Shown in pieces: positions 12,082 to 24,988 of a DNA stretch of 64,000 nt. The notes under the pieces were generated by a model. The model was given only the letters and a program-made list of their open reading frames with translations, made no database searches and had not been told where the DNA came from. Numbering within the stretch: the first letter of the stretch is position 1; each line of letters opens with the position of its first letter. The translations under genes were made by a program, and so were the position numbers. Location: NCBI RefSeq assembly GCF_001194135.2, contig NC_068984.1, forward strand, positions 54,703,939 through 54,767,938, read 5' to 3'. Origin of the DNA: Octopus bimaculoides. Taxonomy: Eukaryota.

Positions 12082-12861
12082 ATGTAGAAATAATTTTCAG
12101 TCATCCAAAATGAAATCTTTTGCGTCGCTGTATTCTAGACAAAGGTGATAAATTAATTAGTACCATGACAGCCTACTAGAACCTTATATCCAGTTTTGTC
12201 TACACCAAAGTGTAAGACTTGGGGTGGTAAAAAAAGGGAATACCTGATGGGGAAGGGGTGATGATTAAAGGAAAGAAGGATAGGAAGAGCTGACAATATT
12301 TAGTTTAATTGTCATTTGAAAGGGAAGGCAATGAAAGACCAAAGGAATAAAGTACTAGAAATTAGGGGGGAAGAGAAGTGCAGAGAATAAGAGAAAGGGC
12401 ACATTGTAACTTAACATATTTTTAATGTTAAAGCAAAATATAATTAAATATATAGATGAAGGCTAGAAGTTACACTTAAATTTTTAAGGGGATACTTTAA
12501 GATATAAGAGAAATATTAAGACATTTCATAAATGTAGTGTATAGAATATTCTGGTAAAATATTACATGATGAATGTATAACGAATTGTTTGTAATATAAA
12601 TAGATACTTTAGTGTACATTAAACTGATATTAAAACCATTCCCGTCAAAAACGGGTGTGTAAACAAAGGATATGGTAAGGAATGAGATCTAATGCATAGG
12701 GTGAGTAAATTAGAGATATAAATATATAAAGGAGTGCATTCAGATACAATATTTAAAGAAATTTAGTCCTATAACCACATAATGAATATAAGGTATAATC
12801 AAAAAATTAAAAACTATAATAACATAAGATTACAGAAAACAGTATGTGGGTGTGTGTGTGT

Positions 12862-13026
12862 GGAAGCGCGTGGCTTAGTGGTTAGGGTGTCAGAATCATG
12901 ATTGTAAGATTGTGGTTTCGATTCCGGTCCGGGTGACGCGTTGTGTTCTTGAGCAAAACACTTCATTTCACGTTGCTCCAGTCCACTCAGCTGGCAAAAA
13001 TGAGTAACGCTGCGATGGACTGGACT
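12862..13026 (+). mobile_element. SINE family C: tRNA head, CORE-like and V-like segments, 3' truncated
   Basis: A-box TGGCTTAGTGG, B-box GTTTCGATTCC, TGTGTTCTTGAGCAAAACACTT, then CTGCGATGGACTGG. Confidence 0.75.
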
Positions 13027-13653
13027 CTGCGAAACACCAATGATCCTTTTCTTGACCGATCAAGTCAATGGCTTGATCGTGATGAGTCCCCTAAATATTT
13101 CTCAAAGTCAAAGTTGCATCAGCAAAAATTATGGTGACTGTCTGGTGGTCTGCAATTGGTGTTGTCCATTACAGCTTTCTGGGACCCAATCAGAGCATTA
13201 CAGCAGTGGTTTGCTGCAATCAACTAGCTGAAATGCATGCACAATTGCAAAAAAATGAGACCTGCATTGGTGAATCGGCGTGGCCCAATACTGCCTCACG
13301 ACAATGCAAAGCCACATGTTGCGGGAATAACGCAGCAAAAACTAACATATTTGGGATACGAGACTTTATCACATCCTCCATATTCTGCTGATCTTTCACC
13401 CACTGACTACGATTTTTTAAGGTATTTAAACACGTTTTTAAGTGATACAATTTGCAGGTCCAAACCAGAGGGGGAATCAGCTTCCAAAGATTTCTTAGAA
13501 TGAAAGCCAATAAATTTTTATCAACGAGGCTTACATAATCTCGTTGATCGCAGAAGTTCACGGCTCATATTTGAATAATCAAACATTTCTATTGTTAATT
13601 TTTCCAGAATAAATTTGTTTCTGAAATCAGCCATTATTTTCAGAACAACCTAA
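13027..13653 (+). mobile_element. Mariner (cecropia/Hsmar1-like) 3' half with right TIR; transposase pseudogene
   Basis: MVTVWWSAIGVVHYSFL, PALVNRRGPILPHDNAKPHVA, HPPYSADLSPTDY; TIR TCAGCCATTATTTTCAGAACAACCTAA followed by TA. Confidence 0.9.
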
Positions 13654-14280
13654 TATTTATGTAAACTTTAGGTTAGTTCAAATACGTTTCTGACGTATCA
13701 ACTTCTAAAAACTGTTTCACTACAGATCACCGTGGAGACAAAAAAAAAAAAACATTCCTCGTATGAATCCGTCACTAGCATTGACTGATTCGTTATAAAG
13801 CAACTGCTTTCTGTCAGATCAGGGTTAACTTTCTTTGGTATTCCCTGCAAAGGATGGAATAACGCGCCAGAAATTCACCCAAGGAACTCAATGCTGCATT
13901 TACATCTTTTACCATAAGCAAGAATTTTTCTCAATGGTAAACTACAGTAATATTAACTTTAGAAGTTAAAATATATCATAACTGTATTTGAACTAGGCTA
14001 AAGTTTGTTTATTTCCTATCACCGCTTCCGCTTCGGGTTACAACTTATGATGGTGGGGCTTTATCTCCCCGTTAGAGATACAGATAAGCATGCATTTTGT
14101 ATCAAAAGCCTATATGAAAGTTTATCTCATGGTATCTACCGCAGTAATGTTTGTTCTATCAGACCATCCACGTTTAAGTGGGAATAACTATTATCTCACG
14201 ATATACATATACATACATACAGAAACATACACAGACGCACGCACACACAAACACACACACACACACACATATATATGTAT

Positions 14281-14329
<49 letters not shown>

Positions 14330-15183
14330 GAGAGAAGAGATAATTAAGACCTATACATAAATGTGTGTATATGTATATATACTTATATTTACATATATAT
14401 ATATATATATATACACACGCATATATATATAAATATATACATGTATATATACATGCATATTCACACATACATATATATGTGTGTGTGTGTATGCAGGTAA
14501 ACATATATCCCTAACTATGTTGTCAGTTTAATTGCTAACACGTCCAATATTTCACACTTCAGACTGTGCTCTGTATGAATAAAATATTTCTTTGATACAA
14601 AGACACTCTTTGTTGAAAAGGATCACTAGCGTGTAAACCAACAATGAGTATCAGTATTGAAAGAACGAAATGCTTTGTGAGATTCGAAGTAATTTGACAT
14701 CTGAAAGTAAATCATATAAACTCTTAATTCTGTCGCTAAGAAATATATGCAGCCAGCAAATCCCACTTCATTCTTAATCCTTTTAGGATTATAAAAAGCT
14801 GTTTCCAATCCAAGGACGGTATATTTGAGGTACGCGTATAGCCTATTAGATAAAGTACCACTCAAAAGTTACTAACCCCATCAAAAGCTCAATTATGTCC
14901 TACAACAATAATTCTCTTACACCTGATACAGAGTAACTACTCGTACAGACATCACAGATATGCCAACTGATTGACATGAAATCGTTCACCAACACACTGC
15001 TAACTCTTTGTTAGCATTTATAATGTGTCTTCGTTCTTTTTCATTCATCGTTAGTACAGGCCATTGTTCCTCGGTGCTGGTTAATCTGGAGTAATTTCCA
15101 CTCGTGTTTTTTACTTTCTTTTGTTTTCCGTATAGTGTATCTCACCTAACCTAAATTTTGCATTATTTGTTCATTTCTTCCAG

Positions 15184-15315
15184 TTTTGCAACTTGTTCGA
15201 AAGAAACATCATCACAGTGTCTCAATGAAATTGACTTGGCAAAAGCTGTTATCACAGCTCCTTCTTCCAGACCAAACAATAATAATATCTCAAAGAATTG
15301 TCACGATATAACTAA
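15184..15315 (+). CDS. Candidate phase 2-2 coding exon, Cys-containing peptide FATCSKETSSQCLNEIDLAKAVITAPSSRPNNNNISKNCHDIT
   Basis: Branch-like CCTAAC at ~15145, pyrimidine tract and TTCTTCCAG acceptor, 132 nt open frame, weak AA|GTTAGC donor; no homolog recognised. Confidence 0.3.
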
Positions 15316-16499
15316 GTTAGCCGTCTACCAAATTTGAGTCTTTGTGCCTATGGTAGTGATTAATATTCATCCAGCACAAGCGCTTTGTATTTGAGTGACA
15401 GACAAAATGCCTTACGGTATTTGTGCCTTTTAGTTTCATTTCTTCGAATCTCACTAAGCTCAGCTATGCTTTTCTTGGAGCGATAAAATAAACTCCAGTA
15501 AGAAAAGTAAGTCCAAGGATCGATGACTCTTTATCCAATCCATTTTAAAACTGTTTTCTTTAACAGTTTCGGTCTAAATGTATTACAGACCTACTGAGAG
15601 CTTGAGGTTTCTACAGCAGCAGCTTGCCTGAATCGTCACGAGTGGAGGAATTATGGAAGACTTCTCACGTTTCTCCTTTGTTGAGATTGATTTCGCTTGT
15701 AATATTTTTATCGAAACAAATCATATCTCCCTCTACCGTCAAGTGGTTATGGAAGGTAAATCTAATACCTCGAGTCTAGCCTCATATTAGATTCTCTTAT
15801 TTTCGTAATTAAGCTATTATTTGATAAATTATCTGTTTCCATGAATATTTCCTCTTGTCTCAATATTGTTATGAATCTTGACACATGTTACAGACAGACA
15901 TATGATAAAATCAACTCTGATTTTAAAGTTTGATCTATAGCTCATTATTGTATTGATATTACAACGGAAATTAACTTTTCTTAGTGATAGAATAATAAAT
16001 AAAACTTGGAAAAAAGAAACAAAAAATAAAAACAGAGCACTTTTCCAATCACAGCTTTATAACTCATATTTTTTATGAAAAGAATTGTGAAGTTCAGAGT
16101 TATTTCAATCTTGAAATCATTATTCGATATTATTTGATATAATTTTTAAAAATATTTGATTGAGAAGAACCACCCTTTTAGTTTTCTTTTTTAAATATTT
16201 TATGAAGGACAATCTTCTTGCGTCATTCTAACTGCCACAAACGTCACACGCACATAAATATAAGCGTTAAATTTGCATCGTAAAAGAAGAAAAAATATTG
16301 ATAGAAGAAAATCGTCAGCAACTACATTCATGAAAAGTATTCGCTTTTGTCATACATGTTTGTCTAAATTAAATATGCCAAACTCACCTTAAGAATACAT
16401 ATACCAACATAATTTCATTTGAACCCAACTATAGGCCCACTGAATATCATAGCAGAAACATCTGTAAGCTAATGAAGTTCATAAGATAATCATTTATTT

Positions 16500-16640
16500 T
16501 CAAATTCCGCCGAGGTCGACTTTGCCTTTCATCCTTCGGGGTCGATAAATTAACTACCAGTTGCATACTGGGGTCGATTTAATCGACTGGCCCCCTCCCC
16601 CCAAATTTCGGGCTTTGTGCCTAGAGTAGAAAAGAAGATA
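16500..16640 (+). mobile_element. SINE family A, 5' truncated, young-looking
   Basis: CAAATTCCGCCGAGGTCGACTTTGCCTTTCATCCTTCGGGGTCGATAAATTAA...GGCTTTGTGCCTAGAGTAGAAAAG. Confidence 0.85.
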
Positions 16641-16809
16641 ATCATTTATTCCTTTGTCATTTCTTTTTCTTATTTCTTATATATAAATATATTATGTGAA
16701 AATTATACTTACACACATACACGAACACGCACATACATACATGCATACATATATACATGTATACATGCATACATACATACATGCATGCATACATACATAC
16801 ATGCATACA

Positions 16810-16840
<31 letters not shown>

Positions 16841-18343
16841 GAGTACACACTCACACGCAGAAAGAGTGAAATATGACTTCATATAACTCTGGTTTGTCGT
16901 AGACGTTGAACTCAGCACTGCGAGCCATGTTTGGAAGTAAATATCTTGATCCTAAAAGTAAATATCTTGATCCTAAAGTTAGTTACAGCGAGCTATGAAC
17001 TGTGTAAACTATATCAAAGAAAATCCGGACCAACTATTAGAGAGCTTCTACATGCTTGGTGGAAAGATAAGAGCTAAGTCTCTCTCAACTTACCGTCTTG
17101 CAAATTACCGACCCACCCCTTAAAAAAGCTTGGTGAGTACAGTCCTAGTTAAACTACACTTGAAAATAAAGCAACAAAAAAGAGAAGTCAACAACTGAAT
17201 CTTTTGACTATTGGTTTACTCCATGAGGAATATACTGGAACTAAAGAAGAAAAATCATCGTCTTATCATCGACCCCATCGTTATTAACTTCTTCTTCATC
17301 ATCATTATGAAGAAGAAGAAAAAAAAAGGAGAAGAAGAAGAACAACAACAACTACACAACTGAAGCAATTTGACTGCTTTCAGGACAATACAGTGTAGTG
17401 GTTTATCTTTTGCCATCTGTAGACCCACAGGTAGAACCACGGAACTGCAAGAGCTAACTTAGCAATCGTTAATTAAGTCCGAACATTTGAAGTGAATAAA
17501 TTCCTTGTGAAGAGAAGAAAATACTGACGATGAGTGAAGGGATTGATAAACTCTTCTCTTCATATATATTCCGTAACGTCAAGATTTGTTTCTTCTCACG
17601 GCATCCGAACTTCAACTATTAGTGAGAGTAGGATACCTGTATCTAATATCTGATATTTTCATGACACAACAGAGAATTAAGACTCTTGTAACTAATGTCA
17701 CCTATTGACACTTTGATATACTTTTAAAATTTTCATTTGTGTCTAGTTACATTTATCTCCGATTAAATTCTAACTCCATTACGGCAAATTACAGTTCGGA
17801 CTAATGCTACTGATTTTCCAATTTGCCGTCACCTAATAGCTGAGACAAGCTTATCAAGAGAATAATTCTGTTCTCCTTACACACTGACACCAGCTTTCAT
17901 TACCAAAGTATGCTCAGAACATAAATTAACAAGATGGCGTATTGACAAAATCGTTAGAGTGTCGGATAATGTACCAGCTCTCAGCGATGTCGGTTCAAAT
18001 TCTGTCCAAGTCAAATAGGCACATTCTTTCAGGGTCGATAAATAAGAGATCGACTGTTGTGTACTATGTTTTTTTCCCCTAGCACCTTGCATTCTGAGTT
18101 TAATGTGTTTTGAGGTTAACCATTCCATGCCGCGAACGTTCATATGGCTAGAGATTGTCAGACCATTGTTCCTGTACAGGATCGAGGTGTAAGGAGGTAC
18201 AAGCATGCATGCCTACATAATACATAAATACATACGTCTGCAAAAAAAATATATATGTATATATATACATATACATACATACACACAGAGGCACACAGAC
18301 ACACGGACAGACAGACAGACAGACACACACAGACACAGACACA

Positions 18344-18401
<58 letters not shown>

Positions 18402-18798
18402 ACAATTTATATGTAACAATTTAGCTTGGTGTAAAATTCACCTAAGGGATATTAAATATCCGAAGAATTTACTGGTTTATATTACCTGGATCAATAATAA
18501 TGTTATTCCAATAGGTAAATAAAATGTTTGTATAAAATATGTAAATTGAATTGAATTTTTAATTGAAGTTCTAATCGTTCAATTTATTGTTTTGTTTCCT
18601 ATTTCTTATATATATATATATGCATATATGCTGAGGAACCGACTTCGAGAGTTTAGACGATCAAAGCCAGCATAGTGTTTACTTTTACAACTACTTATAA
18701 TAACCTTTTCTCCTTTTCTCGAAACGCTAAGTTGCAAAGTTGTAAAGAAACCGACATCAGTTATCAAACACATCCATACACACTCAGAGCAAACTAAT

Positions 18799-18849
<51 letters not shown>

Positions 18850-19333
18850 AAGAAAAATGAACCTCTGAGTAGCCTTTTCCATGGATTTGAATAACAAAGA
18901 CGACTAAAAGTATATTAAATACCATTTAAGACATTTTCCTTGTTCTATATTTAAGAGATAAGGAATTATGTACATATTTCCGGATTATTAACATCACGCC
19001 CTGGAGGAATGAATTAGATGACAGGAGAATATCATCAAATTTATACAAAATTGGTTGATTAATTTCTCTCTTTTTTTTTTCCTTTTTTTCTGTCGTCTTC
19101 ATTTTTCTATTTCTTTCTTTTCGCCTGTTATAAAATTGTAACTTAAAAACTGATGATGTCATTCCATCAACGTGTGGACGCTGGTTACTCTCGTTCATAC
19201 TTTACGTTTAAATTTCTGTAATTTTGAATTTTTATCACTTCTTATTTTGAACTTGACAAAGACAGACGTACTGTTGAAACATCGTTCAACTAATAAAATA
19301 TCTTACAATCGAATCGCGCTCTTCATCTTGACT

Positions 19334-19340
19334 AATAATG

Positions 19341-19390
<50 letters not shown>
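19334..19390. repeat. (TAA)n tract left of gap
   Basis: Direct read. Confidence 0.95.
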
Positions 19391-20029
19391 NNNNNNNNNN
19401 NNNNNNNNNNNNNNNNNNNNNNNNNNNNNNNNNNNNNNNNNNNNNNNNNNNNNNNNNNNNNNNNNNNNNNNNNNNNNNNNNNNNNNNNNNNNNNNNNNNN
19501 NNNNNNNNNNNNNNNNNNNNNNNNNNNNNNNNNNNNNNNNNNNNNNNNNNNNNNNNNNNNNNNNNNNNNNNNNNNNNNNNNNNNNNNNNNNNNNNNNNNN
19601 NNNNNNNNNNNNNNNNNNNNNNNNNNNNNNNNNNNNNNNNNNNNNNNNNNNNNNNNNNNNNNNNNNNNNNNNNNNNNNNNNNNNNNNNNNNNNNNNNNNN
19701 NNNNNNNNNNNNNNNNNNNNNNNNNNNNNNNNNNNNNNNNNNNNNNNNNNNNNNNNNNNNNNNNNNNNNNNNNNNNNNNNNNNNNNNNNNNNNNNNNNNN
19801 NNNNNNNNNNNNNNNNNNNNNNNNNNNNNNNNNNNNNNNNNNNNNNNNNNNNNNNNNNNNNNNNNNNNNNNNNNNNNNNNNNNNNNNNNNNNNNNNNNNN
19901 NNNNNNNNNNNNNNNNNNNNNNNNNNNNNNNNNNNNNNNNNNNNNNNNNNNNNNNNNNNNNNNNNNNNNNNNNNNNNNNNNNNNNNNNNNNNNNNNNNNN
20001 NNNNNNNNNNNNNNNNNNNNNNNNNNNNN

Positions 20030-20249
20030 ATAATAAAAAAATATTCAGACAAATACATAACAAAAACACCAGGACTTACAAATATATATAACATACAGAA
20101 AATTGCACTACTGGGTACTGCACACATCCTACGCAAAACACTTTCAATACAGTAAACATAAGAGCACCACAGCAAACCACAGCACATACCCAAGGCGCAC
20201 AGAGCTGCGCTCGGTAGTGAAGTGAAAGCACGTTATAAAAATAAAACTA

Positions 20250-20252
<3 letters not shown>
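20030..20252 (+). mobile_element. 3' end of R4/Dong-like non-LTR retrotransposon abutting (TAA)n
   Basis: IIKKYSDKYITKTPGLTNIYNIQKIALLGTAHILRKTLSIQ* (REL-type ORF C-terminus), ~100 nt 3'UTR ending AAACTACTG, then (AAT)n. Confidence 0.85.
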
Positions 20253-20314
<62 letters not shown>

Positions 20315-20344
20315 GAAGAAGAAGAAGAAGAAGAAGAACAGCAA

Positions 20345-20490
20345 CAACATCGAAAATACCTTAGGAATGAAAACCCAGGTTCTAAATTTCCCCAAGACAC
20401 TTGATGAAGGCTGGAGGGTATATCAGCCGAAACGTTGTGTTAACAACAAACAAGTTGAGCACAGATATCCGTCATATGTAAATAATGTAC
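20345..20490 (+). mobile_element. Hammerhead-bearing short element, copy 1 (core C3 mutated to T)
   Basis: CATCGAAAATACC...GACAC TTGATGA A GGCTG GAGGGTATAT CAGCC GAAACGTT GTGTT...ATGTAAATAATGTAC. Confidence 0.8.
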
Positions 20491-20580
20491 CGTTTAAGAT
20501 ATATTCTTATTTTTGGAAATTATCTTCAATTTCAGAAAAGGTAAAACATTCGTCTAGTGGCAAGTGGAAACTACTCCGAT

Positions 20581-20745
20581 AGGCATGGTTGTGTGGTAAG
20601 AAGCTTGCTTCCCAACAACATGGTTTCGGCTTCAGTCCCACTGCGTGGAAACTTGTGTGAGTGTTTTCTACTCAAGCCTCGGGCCAACACAAGTCTTCTG
20701 AGTGGATTTGGTAGACGGCAACTGAAAGAATCCTGTCGTATATAC

Positions 20746-20780
<35 letters not shown>

Positions 20781-20933
20781 CATATATATATACATATATA
20801 NNNNNNNNNNNNNNNNNNNNNNNNNNNNNNNNNNNNNNNNNNNNNNNNNNNNNNNNNNNNNNNNNNNNNNNNNNNNNNNNNNNNNNNNNNNNNNNNNNNN
20901 NNNNNNNNNNNNNNNNNNNNNNNNNNNNNNNNN

Positions 20934-20992
<59 letters not shown>

Positions 20993-21195
20993 TGTGTCTG
21001 TGTTTGCCTCTCCCCACCATTTGACAACCGGCGTTGGTTTATTTGAATCCCTGGAAGCTAGCTGCTCGTCAAAAGAGACCGATAGAATAAGTACCATGCT
21101 TATGAATTAAGTACTGGGGTCGATTCATTCGACTAAAAATTCAAGGCGATGCCCCAGCATGGCTGCAGTCAAATGACTGAAGCAATTAAAAAGTA
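20581..21195 (+). mobile_element. SINE family B, full length with expanded internal microsatellite/gap
   Basis: Head TGGTTGTGTGGTAAGAAGCTTGCTTCCCAAC, core GGATTTGGTAGACGGCAACTGAAAGAA, tail GGGGTCGATTCATTCGACT...CAAATGACTGAAGC. Confidence 0.85.
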
Positions 21196-22065
21196 AAAAA
21201 AAAGTAGAAAAAATACTCTCAAGAATCAAGAATTTCTTCGTAACAGAGATGCCTTGAACGGAAAGTCTGATTTGCTGGATACAAAAAGACAACCTTAGGC
21301 ACGTGTTTCTACCTTGATAATTGTCATTAGCAAACCAATTGTCCTTATCTGACTCTAGTAAATGAATGACGCAGGCATATATAAAATGAGTACAAAATAT
21401 TTGTTGCCATTGGATGTCAATAAATTGAAGATTATCTTGCCGGATATTTCAAGTACCTTTATTCGTGCTTGCAGTTTAAATTTATATCACTGGGAACCAA
21501 GAGTTATTTCTCTTAGCCCACCTTTTGTTATAATTATGAAAATTACTTAAACTCTTTGGTATTAGCATTTTTTATAATTACAAGTGATTAAAAGAGAGAA
21601 GAATATTTACGGAGGAAGATACTAATATGAAATCCCCTGTATTAGATACTTTAACGTAGGGGAATATTCTATTAACGTATCAACTACATGGAAGGAATTA
21701 ATGATTATTTTGGACTATGTAAGAATAGTCTTAGTAAACATCCATCATCAGTATCATCTTCGATATATCTATAGTAAATCAAATTACCTGTTGATATTTA
21801 TACTTCAAAGAGAAATGGATTTAACTTAGATATTTAGGCTCTGAACTAGATATTTAATATCATCATATTCTGTTTAATTCATGTTTACAATTATACAACT
21901 GCCATTACCGGCGAAGGCACTAGAATCAGCGATTTTTAGAGACTGAGCCATCGAGAATTTTAATGTATTATTTAATATTATAATTGATCAAAAGACAGAG
22001 TGCCGAACTAAATTCATCACAATACTTCTTTTCGTCCTTTTTCATTTCTATCACAAATCCTGCAG

Positions 22066-22107
22066 GATCTAACATGATCTTTCATCTGTTTACGGTCAAT
22101 GAAGTAG
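22066..22107 (+). CDS. Candidate 42 nt micro-exon (phase 1-1, SNMIFHLFTVNEV) or 5'UTR exon
   Basis: Long pyrimidine tract and TCCTGCAG acceptor, TAG|GTAAGA donor; only the phase-1 frame is open. Confidence 0.3.
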
Positions 22108-24593
22108 GTAAGAATATTTTAATGTTGATGCAATCGATTATTTCCTGCATCTGTAGAAAATGATAGGTTTAAAGAAATCAGTTTATTACTCTAGCAATAT
22201 CTCAAATTAATATGAGATAAAAAATAAAATTGTGTTCCGATTCTGTCATCGTGACAGAAGAACATTGAACCTAGCGAAATATCTGCAACCATTGACATAG
22301 TTTTAACACGTTAGTAATTGACTTACGAAGTGAATAAATTTCGATTTTAAGTAAAAATGACATTAATGGATATAATCCAAAAATATAATTTATAATCCAT
22401 ATTTCACAAAATTTGATTATCTAAGCTTCATATACTGTCAATTTTCTTCTTACTTTATAACTTCTTATATATTAAAATGATCATTTGACAGTGTGACGTT
22501 AATGGAAGAGTTTGAAACGATGCGCGTAAAAGATTTGGATTGATGGATATATTTTGAAGCCATCAAAATGTTTACAAATATTGTTCCTTTCTATTTATTT
22601 CATTAAGTCTATTTTATATAATATGTCTATTACAAATCATTTAATTCATTAAAATTTTCAGACACTTATTTAGTTCCCAAATTTGTAGTATCTGAAGATC
22701 TGCTTTTAAAGAACTACCCATGTGATTATATGAGTACATTTATTCAATAAATTTATAAATGTAATTGAAATCAAAAGTTCTTTATTGTAAAGCACAACGT
22801 ACTTAATGCAATTACTGATAACGAAACTGTTAATAACTAGTATTTTGAATATGCTCCCCAGATTGTTCTTTTCATAAGCTTTGATGTTTTCGATTGAACA
22901 CAATTCCATTTCTAGAGAAGGGGCAAATGAACTTGTCTCTCTCTTTTGGGGGCGTTAGCGTCATAAGTAAAGTGAAATAGATTCAACTAGTACACAATTA
23001 ATATGGTGCCCCGGTTTGCCGAGAGCATATTTATTATACATTTTTCCTTTTCAATAAAATATATTGAGAAAGAAACGAAGTATATGTTTTAATACATCTA
23101 GTTCGGTGTCCTTCAAATCTGATATGAAAATTAATTAGATATTCCTTGAGTTACACATGGAAAAATCTATGATTACTTTTATTTGTGTTCAATATATCAT
23201 GACTGTTGCTATTCTAGTATATTAGCTCGCTGTAAGAGAATAATTTCTTACTAAAAAGCAGTATTATATTCATAACATGCAACGCTGGTATTTTCAATTA
23301 CTAACAATGCATTTAGAGTGGGGACGCCGTTGAAAAAGAGCCAAAGTATTTCCAATTTTAATGAACAGTTGGAGAGCACATATCAATTGATTTTAACTCA
23401 GTTGATTTTTAATACGTGTGTTCGTGTCAACAGTTCAAATAATAAATAGGCTTCGTATATTATAGCAATTTTCCCACTATTTTATGAATTCTTATATTTC
23501 ATAATGACATTTTAATATTACATTAAGAATTGTACCCTGTATATCACCGTACAATCACTTCTAAAAAGAAAGTTTGAATTTCATGGACATTGCGTGAAAA
23601 CAAATTTTATGGACATAGTTATAGAATATTGATATTTATTCTGTATTTCATTAAAAATACTGATTTTCCTGTCTTAATATAGTTTGGAAATCTAATGATG
23701 AATAGTGTCTGAGAATTCTCTGAAATTCTCCCAAATTTATAGCAATTATATTGGTGAAAATATCATTTTTCAGAGGCTAAGCTTCTTTGTAATGAAGAAA
23801 ACATGCTATGATAATGATCTGCAATGTCATTTACAAAAAAACGCAAAGAATGTTTTTCTAGAATATTTGATATGTAAAACTTGTAGCCATAAATATTAAC
23901 GGTTATGTTACGAATTATGTTACCTAATTATATAACTTAAAGCAGAATATGAAAGATTGTAAAATTTACCATTTTTGTCAATATTGGATTATTTTAGCAT
24001 TTTGTAAGTATTATTTTAATAGCTGAACGCCTGGATTACGATAGCCAGTTAATCATTTCAAAACATCGCCACCACCAGTCCTCTACCGCTTACATTATTC
24101 TCACTCTTTTCCTCTCTCTCTTGTTAGCAGAATAGGCCACCTGAAGGGGTTAGAAAAGGAGCGCTCGCATCACAACTCGACCAATCCTTTAATTTCCCAA
24201 TCTCTTGATATAGCAAGAAAGAAATAATAAAGATTCTATATGTTACCATGGTGTTTGTGAGACTATTGCACATTTTAAAGTTAACTCCGAGAAATTAGTT
24301 TGCTTAGAGGGATAAACGTTTTTGATACCATTCAGCATTACTGTAAGTGTAAGCATTAAATGAAATTGTCGAAGGAATCCAAGAAATGATGAACAGATTA
24401 TTTGAAAGAAAATAGCGTAGGTACTGGTTGTCTTGTAAAGATATGAAGAAAGCATTTTCATATCCAGTTTTAATAGGTTTCATCTGAATATCTTACGTAT
24501 ATGTAATGATCAACAACATTAGTTGTAACTACTTCTGGGAGAACTATAGACTATAGCTAAGAATGAAAAGATAGGAAGGTAGATATCCTCGTT

Positions 24594-24957
24594 GAAGTTG
24601 TCATTATCGTCGCAATCGTCGCCTTCGAGTTACCATCGTCACCATCGTCGCCATCATCGCCATTGTTGTCGTCGCCATCGCCGTCATCATCGTCGTCGTC
24701 GTCGTCGTCATCGTAATCATCATCATCATCATCGTCGTCGTCGTCGTCGTCATCATCGTAATCATCATCATCATCGTCGTCGTCGTCGTCGTCGTCATCG
24801 TAATCATCATCATCATCATCATCATCNNNNNNNNNNGAAGTTGTCATTATCGTCGCAATCGTCGCCTTCGAGTTACCATCGTCACCATCGTCGCCATCAT
24901 CGCCATTGTTGTCGTCGCCATCGCCGTCATCATCGTCGTCGTCGTCGTCGTCATCGT

Positions 24958-24988
<31 letters not shown>

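Noticed and set aside
12862-12935. tRNA gene
   Set aside because: A/B boxes run straight into SINE core sequence and no cloverleaf acceptor stem is evident; the same holds for the other SINE heads
15617-15755. Exon-like segment with CAG acceptor and AAG|GTAAAT donor
   Set aside because: Overlaps what reads as an RTE C-terminus (AACLNRHEWRNY), so more likely a LINE remnant than a host exon
16946-16988. 21 bp tandem duplication AAGTAAATATCTTGATCCTAA
   Set aside because: Simple local slippage with no associated element or function evident
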